64,000 bases of DNA from Octopus bimaculoides. Its lineage: Eukaryota. Below are positions 37,347-48,899 of this stretch, one piece after another. The stretch lies in NCBI RefSeq assembly GCF_001194135.2, contig NC_068981.1:3172331-3236330 (forward strand), in the 5' to 3' direction. Position 1 is the first letter of the stretch; each line of letters opens with the position of its first letter. The notes beneath the pieces are model-generated. The model made no database searches, was not told the origin of the DNA, and saw nothing but the letters and a program-made list of their open reading frames with translations. The position numbers were made by a program, and so were the translations under genes.

Positions 37347-38473
37347 GTAGCTTTTGCATAGTTTTAAAAATGATTTTGATATAATTCCTTGTTTGTTATT
37401 TTTACTTTTTCTTTTCTTTATCCATATTAAAATGCCAGATGGATTCAAAGAGCAACACTATTAATTATATATATTAAATATAGAGAGTATAATTCTTGTA
37501 TTTTCATTTTCTTTTATTTCTTTATTTTTTGTCTTGTCTTTTACTTGTTTCAGTCATCGGACTATGGCAAGCCTGGGCACTGCCTTAAAGGGTTTTAGTC
37601 AAACGAATTGATCTCAGTATTTTTTAAGCCTGGTACTTATTCCATCAATCTCTTATGCTGAACCCCTAAAATACAGGGATGTAAGCAAACCAACACTGGT
37701 TGTCAAGTGGTGGTAGGGGCTGAACACACACACACACACGGTAGGGTTCTTTCAGTTTCTGTCTACCAAATTCACTCAAGGCTTTGCTTGGCCAGGGGTT
37801 ATAGTGGAAGACACTTATCAAAGTGCGATGCAGTGGGACTGAATCCAGAACCATGTGGTTGGGAAGCAAGCGTCTCTCTGTGAAGTGAATGACAGAATGC
37901 CCTGGCAAGACATTAAACTGCATCTGGTGATGAAGCCTGGGGGTTCAATAGTTTTAAGGAGTATGACATTCTCTTAGTCACCACTCCTCCCAAATTCTCT
38001 CTTGCTTGTGGTGGTAGTATGTGACGTGGTTCTCGGTTATGGCTAAAATGACAGAAGACAGTCTTGTGGCAAAGTCATACAGGCTTGGAGAAGGGCTAGT
38101 CCCTAGGTGTCTGTCACACAGCCCCAAAGATGTGATGAAAGTGACTGGAAACCATTGTATCTTTCACAAGAAATATTATGACTTTGGCATGTAGGTCCAT
38201 GATCACTTATACCTGTAGGCATGGCACATGAAAAGAGAGAGGAGAATTACAGAAAAGTGTAGAACGTTCATCATTGTTATCATTATTATCATTTCAAGTC
38301 TGCTTCATGCTTGTGTATGTTAGGTTTTCTCTAGCAAAGCATATTGCTATTTGTTGTGGGCCTTTGTCTTCTTACAGAAATTAAGTCTCTTGAGATTAGC
38401 TTTCACTACTTCTCCCATGTCTTTTTCATCTTCTATCCAGACCATCAGTCTTTTTTCTTGCACGCTACACAAA

Positions 38474-39002
38474 CAAGGTCTGGCCAGAAAGTATTCGAAC
38501 TGTTGCTATGGTACTGGAGCTAAAGTATGCAGAATGAAGTTGCTTGGCACAGACCAACCTTAGACTCTATTGTACATGCATGCTAAGTTATAATATTCTT
38601 GCTCACTTCTGTTGTTTATAGCAGTGCTTGGAAGTTTGGTGTTTAGAGTGTGGTCATCTCAAAAAGATTGGGTGTCAGCTGTGCAGGGTCTCTTTGATTG
38701 CATCAAGGAAGATGAAAACTTTTTGAAAACAGTTATAACATATGACAAATCATGGGTCTATGGCTGTGACCCTGAAACCAAAGTGGAAGACCTCAGCAAG
38801 ATTTCAAGACATTAAGGAAATCTAAGAGAATGTTGCAAAAATGGAATTCCGGGAATGCTTTCATCAATGGAAACAACACTGGATTAAGTGTGTGGCTTCT
38901 GAAGGGGACTACTTTGAAGGAGATTAAATGCTGAATTGATGATCTGTGTTGTAGTTTTCATTTTATAGCAGCAGTCCCAATACTTTTTGATCAGACCTCT
39001 TA
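38474..39002 (+). mobile_element. Internally deleted Tc1/mariner element
   Basis: Imperfect TIRs (AAGGTCTGGCCAGAAAGTATTCGAACT versus the reverse complement of AGTCCCAATACTTTTTGATCAGACCTC); transposase remnants ENFLKTVITYDKSWVYGCDPETK and QWKQHWIKCVASEGDYFEGD*. Confidence 0.8.
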
Positions 39003-41263
39003 TACCTATTATTTATTTTTTCATTTCATTTGTCCTCTCATTCATGCACACAGTAACATTATACATCCAGAAGGGGTTTATTTCTTTCCAGCCCTCAATC
39101 ATCCTTCTCATTCAATATCCATAATATGCTAATATGTGTCATTGCCCTTTGTATGCAAGGGAGAGTTTCTTTATTGTCAGAAGAGATAAGAGCTCCCTAA
39201 TCTTTTCCACCCCATTATTACTATGGCTACTATACTTTTGGAATACCTGTCTCCATTGTTAATTAAATCGCTAGATAATGGAATCTGTCAACTACTTTTA
39301 GGGATCCTTGTGAGCATTTGAAAATTTATTTTGAAAGAATTTATTAAAAATCCAGATTGATACAAGCAAAAGTTTTGAGATGAAAACAAGTTCCTTTTGA
39401 TAAATATTTCACCAAACATCCATTTCACAGAATTAGCAAATTTTCGGTTCCAATATTCTGTACTTAGATCATAAAAATAGTTTAATTTATTTCAATTTTA
39501 ATGTTTACTTCTGTTAATGATGCATATGGTATTGGTCTACTGTATCATTTTAACTTGTTATATAACATTTGGTCTTATTTCTATCAAGCAACAACTATGT
39601 ATCTATTTATCTCTGTAAGTATATTTATAACCAGTTCAATGATCACAAACACATGAAAATCATCAATAACTTATTTGTTTCCAGAAAACTACACTCACTA
39701 TCCTCAAGAATTATTGGCACACAGTCTAATTTATGTCCTGTTTGGCATGTTGCCCTGACCATGCTACATATATCATAAACTAGAAGGATTTGTTATTTCT
39801 TCAATGCTTATACCATGTCTATGCTTGGTAAATTGTTATCAATATCAGAAATCTTTGATCAACATTTTGAGACTACAGTTTCTTTTTAATTGGATTTTGT
39901 CGCATTTCCTTTCCTCAAACATTCTTGTTTGTTATAGTAGTATTTACATAGTTGAAATTATTTTAAGAAATAATGTGTTTACACACCATATTTTAACAAT
40001 TTCTTAGCAGGTTTGAAAATAAATAATTATCCTAGCTATTTTCGTAATGTTCAGATAACCACATCATATTCTTTAATATCTGTTTTCTATATACTTAGAT
40101 CTGTTTTCTGTACTTAGATTTTGGTCAGATTTGTACATCATCATCATCATTTAATGCCCATGTTCCATGTTGGTTTGTGTTGGATGGTTTGCCAGGATCT
40201 GATGGATCCAAAGACTTCATTATGCTCCAGTGTTTACTTTAGCCCCTATTGCTCCTATGGCTGGATGCCCTTCCTCATGCCAAATACTCTACAGTGTATA
40301 CTGGGTGCTTTTTTTTTTTTTTGTCACACTAGAACCGAGGTCACCATGCAGCTTGCATGACTACAAACCTCAGGGGTGTAGGGGTGCTTTATGCTGGGAG
40401 AGGAGGGGTTAAAGTATGAGAGAAGCCAGAGCATGGAAATGTTTGTTGCTGTAGATGAGTTACTTACATTCTAGAAGTGAGGGTGGGAATGATCAAGGGG
40501 AGCTGGAAAGGGATAGAAATAGTTTTAATGAGGGGTTTGGGTGGACCTTCAAGGTACAAGGTGAATGGAACTGAGTAGGGATAGAGGAACTGAGTGAGGG
40601 TGGAGGATGCAAGAGTGCATGGAAGGATCATCATCATCATTCTCATCATTTAACATCCATCTTTCATGCTGGCATGAGTTGGTTGGTTTGACAGGAGTTG
40701 GCAAACCAAAGAACTACACCAGGGTGAGAGTGGAAAATTGATGAGGGTGGTGGTATGCAAATGCAGTAAAGATTGAGTCGGGTTGAAGAGCAGATGTAGT
40801 GAATGGTGGATAAGGAGTGAATTGGGGGATAACTGGAAGATAACTGACAGTACAGAAAAAGTGGGGGTGGGTAGGAGAACAGCAGAATAGTAATTATGAT
40901 GCAGTAGATAGGAAAAGGATGTGAGAGATGACGTGGTGTAGTTGTATGAGGAGAGGAGAGAAAATTTGGTGGCTTGGTGGTAGTGAGGTCAATGCAGTGT
41001 GTGGATAGAGAGAACAGTATTCATACATAAAAGATGGATAACAAGTGGAAAAATTGCAGGTCGTGAGAAAGAGAAATATCAAAGAAGAGCTACAGTATCA
41101 GTTGCTGTATCAACTGTATCATTCCATGTCATTTTTGGCTTGGCTGGGACTTTGTCTAAGTTACATGTCTTATCATTTGCAGTTTGTTTCGTAGATTCCC
41201 AGTTATCATTTATGCTACAAGCACCTAAATCCTTCTCTTTACAGTCATATGCATCACTTAAAA

Positions 41264-41504
41264 CAATGGTTTTCAACTGGGGTCCACATGACTCTTGGGA
41301 GTGCATATAAGATTTTATTAAGATTCATGTGCATTAAGTTGGGCATACTTCTACAATACACAAAATATTTTAACAATTTCTTTTATAGAATTCTTAATAT
41401 TTGATTATAGAAATTTAATAAGATTTTTCAAACATCAAATGGCTATGAGGGCCTATCCAAGTAAAAATAGGAATCAAAGGGTAAAAAGTGGTTGAGAACC
41501 CCTG
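41264..41504. mobile_element. hAT-type MITE, same family as 6783-7430
   Basis: CAATGGTTTTCAACTGGGGTCCACATGAC ... GGTTGAGAACCCCTG; degenerate 8-bp TSD ACTTAAAA / AATTAGAA. Confidence 0.7.
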
Positions 41505-43325
41505 AATTAGAATTTGTCAAAAGCTATTCCCAATTATGAGTCTTTTAGTTTCCATATCTTCCTTCTCCATTATCTATTTTTGTATCTTCCTCTGGCCAAC
41601 TCTGAAGTTTATCAACAAATCCTATAAAACTAGTACACATTAGTACAAATGCCATAAAAGTGTAGTAATATTTTAGTTAACAAATCATATGAAATTATGG
41701 TGAAGGTCGTAAAACTAAACACCTTGTATTATGCTATTTGTAGTTCAGGTTTCAATTTAATTTACTTAAATAATTATTGTAAAAGCAGTTACCCATATCA
41801 ACTATTTCAGATACTTTTTATTGGTTTATTTTTGATAATTATATTTATAACTCTCTATGATCACACATAGTATAATGTACTAAAATATTTTGTAAAGACT
41901 TTATTGTATATTTTTTTTGAGCATAAATATTAACTAGTTTTATATTCATTTATTGTAGTCAAAAGATTATTCCTGCATTTTCTTCTCGAAACAAAAGTGT
42001 TAAAGATGGTAACAGTAAAAAAATAAGAAAGTGAGTAAAACTTTGTCAGCATCGGTTTTATATTTTGCAATCTTTTTCTTTCCTTGATTTATTTTCAATT
42101 ACTGTGAGTATTTTATTGTCAACTAAAATATTTTGTTTAATTTTTGGTCTTTTAAATTGTAAAAATGCAATCTAATTTTGGAACAGTATAATTGTTAGTG
42201 TTTTATTAGAGCAATTAAATATTGAAGAATATTTAAAACAAGAAAAAGTTTATTTGGATGAAGAAATGTTAATCCAGTTATGAATTATATTTAATTTTAA
42301 GTAAATATAAGTATTATGCTATGCTGTACTATAGAATACAGTAATAAATACTTTGTCTTTATATACAGAAACTTCATAAATATCAAAAGAGGGATCAGCT
42401 GAACTAGTTTCAGTCTTGTGTTGGGATTTCATCAGTAACTGAATACCTTCTTTAACTGTCCAGACATCACTGGGGATTTATCAGACCAATTTGCATATTT
42501 CATTTATTCAGAAAGATGGATTTGTTACACTTAATGTAGTAATAATATATTTATTGGACTAGCTGTCAAGAATGTGTTGAATTTGCAAATTGCTCTCTGA
42601 CATGCTTTAAACCCTCAGAAATACTATGTTTATAAGCAGTGTTTTGTTGGAGAGTTAAGGAGGAGGGCATTCAGTCACTGATGAAATCCTAACACAGGAT
42701 TGAAACTAGTCTAGCTGATTCCTCTTTCTCTGTCCATGAATATATTGTATGCAGAAATAAAGTGTTTACATTTGTCACATTGTGTTAGCTAAATATCTAT
42801 AGATGGACGTATTCTATAGTATAGTTTTGAAACCAAACATTATTCATGTACCAGATAATCAAATTGTCAAGAATGCATTAAATATGCAAAATGATCTGTT
42901 CAATTTACTTAAGCCCTCAGTCATATTGTATTTAGAAATGGTGAATTGTGTGGATTGTTAAGGAGAGTATTCAATCTTTGATGAAATCCTGGGTTGAAAC
43001 TAGTCTGGTTGATCCTTCCTTTCCTGTCCAAAGACAAGGTGTTTACATCTCTGTATTATATAGTGTTGGCTAAAATCTTGGTCTGTTCTATAGTACAATA
43101 TAATGCTATTCCTGCATGGGTCAAACGGAATTTGGTGAGGCAGATTTTCTATGGTCAGATGCCTTTCCTGTCACTAACCATTATCTGTTACCAAGCAAGG
43201 TATTATTTCCTCATAGCTAGACATATTTCATGAAAGACTGGAAACTAACAATATTGCTTGGATGATGGTGACGCTTGTATGATGACTGAAGTCAAATGAC
43301 TGAAACAAGTAAAAGATATAAGATA

Positions 43326-43995
43326 TATATCATCATCATCCTTTAATGCATGTTTTCCATGCTGGCATGGGTTGGACAGTTTGATCAGAGCTGGCCAGCT
43401 GGAGAGCTGCACCAAATTCCAGTCTGATTTGGCTTGGTTTCTATGGCTGGATGCCCTTCTTAATGCCAACCACATTACAGTGTGTATTAGGGACTTTTAA
43501 CATGGCACCACACAAACACTTTTATGTGGAACTGGCACAAGTGCTTTCCATGTGGAACAGGCACACAGCTCTTGCAGGCCAATTCTCTTCCCCAAGGGAT
43601 GTGGCCTTAACATGTCTGCTGTAGAGGATGGGTCTTCTTGAGTACAGCAAGGTGCCAGGTCTCTTGGTCCTTTGTTATCTTGTCTGAAAGGTTATCCTTC
43701 AGGACTTTGTCCCATGTCTTCCTGTGACTCCCTCTTCTGAGTGTTCCATTCACTTTGAGAGATTGGCACTTCTTTATGGAGCTATTGGCATCCATCTGCA
43801 TCATATGACTAAACCAACGCAATTTTCTCTCTTGCACACTAATTTTACTTATGCTTAATTTCCCTCTCAGAATACATCAGCATTCTGTTGAACAGGTACA
43901 CTTACATTAAACATCCAGCAGAGCATACCATTCTCATTCCTCTCCAGCCTTTGCATGTCCTCTGCATTTAGGGCCCATGTCTCACTACCATGTAG
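43326..43995 (-). mobile_element. RTE LINE 3' fragment (ORF C-terminus, 3' UTR and (GAT)n tail)
   Basis: RKLRWFSHMMQMD...KKCQSLKVNG..RRG..RKTWDKVL...WHLAVLKKT, followed by the UTR shared with the abundant short repeats and ending in GATGATGAT. Confidence 0.8.
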
Positions 43996-45069
43996 AGAAT
44001 TGATGATATATATATATACATACATATCATTATTTGTCTGTTTCCAAGCTGGTATGGGTAGGATGGTTTGACAGGGAACTGGTCAGCTGCGGGGCTGTAT
44101 CAAGCTCCAGTGTAATCTTTGACATAGTTTCTATGAATGGATGCCCTTCCTACTGCCAGCCATTTTACAGTGTGTATTAGGTGCTTTTTTGTGCACAAAT
44201 TATTAGAAAATAAATTTATTGATAACATTGCATCACATCATTGGTAATATTCTCATAAAGCAAGGAACTATACTAATTTTGTTCTGATGACAAACATGGA
44301 TGAGTGAATAAGAAAGAACATATATCCCATATTATTAATAAAATACAATATCATCTTATAACAACTAATTCACCAATCAGTGAAACAAACAGCCCACATA
44401 ATATCATTCCTTTTAGCTTTTTCTGATGATAGAGTTTTCTCAATTCCTGGTACAAAATCAGTTGGTAAATTGGCCATTATTAGTCTATAATATTGTATTT
44501 AATTAACAATAATATACTCACTCTATTAACCGATATATGAGTGCCTGTTTTTTCTGACTTGTGGATTTTTACATAACTATTGTATATTGTATATGAAGAG
44601 CTATGACTTTCTGTAGAAAGAGAGTTACATTAAAGAATCAATTATATTGTCAGTCTGATTGTGAGTAAACACTCTTAGCTCATTAATGGTCCATATTACA
44701 AATTGGGTGTATGGTGTGTGGGTGCGTGTGCATCTAGTGTGTGTGCAGTATATGTGTACATGGTGTGGTGGTGTGTATGTGTGCATTTTGTTTTGTGCAT
44801 GTGTATTTGGTGTATGTGTGTTTAGTGTGTGTACGCATTGTGTGTGTGTTTATCTAGTCTTTTGAAACTGAAAACAATAATGATACACTTGCATGAGTAG
44901 ATAAATTGAATGTAGTTTATTCCACATTTTGAATATAAATTTTTCATAACTAACTGATTGCTGTTGAATATTTTAATGAATACTTAAATGGGACTAAAAA
45001 TATATGGTTACATACAATTCATGACAGTTATATGTAACACTAAATGAGTTTTATACTTGAAATATTTTG

Positions 45070-47830
45070 TCACCCTCTAACATTGGCCTTTCTTCACTGC
45101 TAGTCGTCACTTATTCTTCAGGCCATCCATCGGTAACATCAGTCACTATCTCTTATCATTGTCCATTTCCATTACTATCCACCATTCTCTCTCAACTCAA
45201 TGGAAATTGTTTCCGAGTTAACCCATTGAAGTTAAGGCAAGCTTTTGTATCACTATAAAGTTGCTTAAACAAGTTAACAAATTGAGGTGGACATCCAAGT
45301 TTACCAAGACTGGTCCAGAGAACGGTCCTATTAACAGTGTCGAAGGCTTCTGTTAAATTGACAAATACCTGATAAAGAGCCATGCGATGTTTGATGCATT
45401 TCTCCTGAAGTTGATGAGTAGGAAAAATCATGTCCATTGTGCCATGACTTGATTTAAAACAACTCTGACTCTCTGGGATGACAGAGGGGCATATCCACAT
45501 TATTAGCCGATTAAGTAAAAGTTTTGCAAAAACCTTACTATTTCAAGCAGGCTTATACCTCTGTAATTTCCACACTCAGATTTGGATCCTTTTCCTTTGA
45601 ACAATGAAATTAAAATGGCATCAACTTAGTCCTGGGGGACAGGAGCACCCAACCAGATGTCTGATATTAGATGGTGGATCTCTATAGCAAGCCTATTACC
45701 CCCGTGGAGGAGAGTTTCAACAAGAATACCCTCAAGACCTGGTGCCTTCCCAGTATTTAATTCTTTGTTTGTCTTTTTGCTCTAATCTATAGTTGGATGT
45801 TCCATCATTTCATGGATGATAACCTTTTGGAGCAGATTACTGATGACATCTTCATCAATAATTGAAGGATTATAAAAGAGATCAGTGAAGTGCTCAGTCC
45901 AACGTTTCATGATACCCTCATGATCCTTGAAGAGAAAGCCGCTGTCTTTAGGCTTGTGGGTACCACAAATGAAGACTGAGGACCCAACACTTGTCCGATC
46001 AAGTGATATACTGTTTTCAGGTCTTTACTGTTATACGCTTTCTGGATTTTTTCAGAAATATCCGACCACCATTTGTTTTACATTTGTCATATCTTTCTTT
46101 AGAGTGATGATTTTTTCCTTTTGAGAGACTGCAGTAAGGGCTTTTTATCCTCATCTGGGGCACCGAGGTATTTTTGATGCAACTTATCTTTAACTCTAAG
46201 AAATTTATTGATCTGTAGATTGTTTTCATCAAATCAATCCCGATGTTTTCTGTTTCTGAGACCAAGAGCCTCAACTCCAACATGGTAAATAGTGGTCTTA
46301 AACTGAGCCAAAGTTCCATCAAATTCCGCCTCTCCAATAGCATTTCTAAGATTCACCTGCACCTTAGAGTCCCTTAATTTCAACACATCAATACGTTTAG
46401 GGATTTTTATTCCTCCAAATCTTATTCTATGCATGATATGGAGTTTCAATTTACCGTATATGAGCATATGGTCAGTCTCACATTCTGCACCACATGACTC
46501 AGACAGTGCAAACATCTGGAAGGGCTTGTTTCCTGGTGATGAGGTAATCAAGAATATGCTCATGTTTGGATCTTGGGTGTGTCCAGGTAGCTTTATGGAT
46601 ATCCTTCTGATGAAAAACAGTGTTGCAGATGATGAGATCAAGTTCAGTGCAGACCTGAAGAAGATGGAGACCATTAGCGTTCATTTTACCCAAACCATGC
46701 CTCATAATTGCATCCAACATGGGCATTGAAATTACCAAGAAGGAGGATCTTACCTGCATTTAGAATTGAAATCTAACCAATCTGAGATCCTCATAGAAAG
46801 CCATAATAGATTCACTGCTGCTATCAAGAGTAGGGGCATAAACAGAAATAAGTCATAAAACGATTGCATGGTAGAGAAGCTTGAAGATACATAATCCTAT
46901 CACTGAAACCATTAGGTTCTATTTTATGGGTTAACTCAGTATGAATGGCAAAGCCAACATCCCCTACTCGTTTTTTGAACCTTTGGTTTACCCTTCCAAA
47001 AGAAAATGTATCCAGCACCTGTTTCTGTCAATTCATCTTCATCACTCAACCGAATTTCTGAGAGTGCAGCAATGTCAATGTTCTACCAAGCCAACTCCTT
47101 GGCTATCATGCCAGTTTGCTGTTCTGGGTTACTTGACGCTTCATGATCAAGAAGTGTCCTGACATTCCATACACCTACCCATGATCCATATTTCTTGCTT
47201 GCATGTTTTCTCTTTGTATTCCTCCTGCTCTAGTGAACAGCCGTCAGCTGCAGGTTGCTGGCCAGCTTGATGGTAGAACAGGCATTTGTTTCGGTCACCT
47301 TTTCTAGACCTTTCCCAGATTTCTGGGTGAGCAGTGATACCCTAGAGAGGGCTGCTCAGATGCTCTTGACCTTGCCGAAGCATGCTGCTGTTCTTTCAAC
47401 AATGCAGTGATGTTAGATAGGCCCTGAGCCACCCATGCGCAGATTCGTGACTATGTGCTCCCAGCCTGTTAAGCCTGCACATGTCGCTACTATTCCATGG
47501 CCATGGGACTTGAAGAGATATTTATATATTTAAATATCAATGCCACATACTTGTATGACACATATAGCACCCACTCCTCCCCCAAAATCTGATATCCAGT
47601 GACAAACCAAGGCAAGATGACTGGGGGATTATGGAGGTCGCATGTTTTATTATCCCAGAGTTTAACCTCTCCAGTGGTTTTATATTAGAATGTCCTCCTC
47701 CCAGCCTTTGCGCAACTAAAGGCTAACTGCAAGACAGCGTGAAGGATTTGAATTTGGAGTTACCTTCTAGACAGATTGCCTTCCCCATGGCTTTATTAAA
47801 CCTAGGAGCTCCATCTATCCCTTTAACTAC
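45070..47830 (-). mobile_element. Degenerate RTE-clade LINE: 5' region, AP endonuclease and N-terminal RT; 3'-truncated
   Basis: Minus-strand motifs VGVWNVRTLLD (~47150-47185), GVGFAI-like, HGLGKMNANGLHLL...NTVF...TWTHPRSKH..HILDY, and IFPTHQLQEKC..YQVFVNLTEAFDTVNR..LW..LGKLGCP; many stops and frameshifts. The 5' boundary is approximate. Confidence 0.85.
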
Positions 47831-48535
47831 ATCCACAAATACACACAAATCAAATAAAAGAAGTAAAAATACAAATATATATATATAAAATAAAAAAGAC
47901 ATGTACACGCAATATACATGCATATATTCAAGAATTAAAAATGTAAATATATATATATACACACACACACACATGCCCAACACTTACCCACAGTTCACCA
48001 CACCAAACATGCACCTGGCACACACATCCACAATTCAGCCAACTATATACATATGCATATAGTTGTACATATGTACATTGGATGGCTGTTGACTCTTAAG
48101 AGTTCTTCTGCCCTTTTACAGGTCTTGTTTTTAGCTCTGCAGGGTATCCCATACACACCTTCCTCATCAAGTACAATTGGTGGAGGGGGGGGCGGTTTAG
48201 TCACTCATTACCTTACCATGTGACAAGTAGTACTGGGTTACATAGTACCAGTAACATAAACAACCTGGCATACATATATATATATATGTATATATTCATC
48301 ATCAACCTCTTCATTTAACACCTGTTTTCCATGCTGTCATGGGTTGGGCAGCCTGGCAGGAGCCAGTTGGACTGGGAAATATGCTAGGCTCCACTGTTTT
48401 GACATGGTTTCGATGGCTGGATACTCTTCGTAATACTGATCACTTTAACAGTGAGTACAGGGTGCTTTTTATGCTGCACCAGTACTGATGCTTTTTATGT
48501 GGCACCAGCACCAGCGGGGTTATAGACACACACAC

Positions 48536-48590
<55 letters not shown>

Positions 48591-48899
48591 ATTGTTTTCC
48601 AAAATAAATTGCACTTCATGTTTGAGCTTCCAGTGAAGTTGTAATTTGATAGTAAGGCACTCATCTATGGGTCTACTGCATCTTACAGCAGAAACAGCTG
48701 TAAGCTAATGAAGTTCATAAGTTAATTGTTTATTTCCTTGTCATCTCGATTTCTTATCGATATATTTATGAAAAATGTTAAATTTATAAAACAAAATGCT
48801 TAGCTCCTTTTAGTCCTAAAATTTTCTTTGTTTTATTATATTTTGAAAGATAAAAAAAAAATTAACTGATTTATATTTTCTGTTTCAAATTCTGTCCAG

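Noticed and set aside
40380-41100. Strongly purine-rich tract (pyrimidine-rich counterparts at 55480-55900 and 61780-62540)
   Set aside because: Low-complexity, decayed repeat-associated sequence with no ORF or defined structure.
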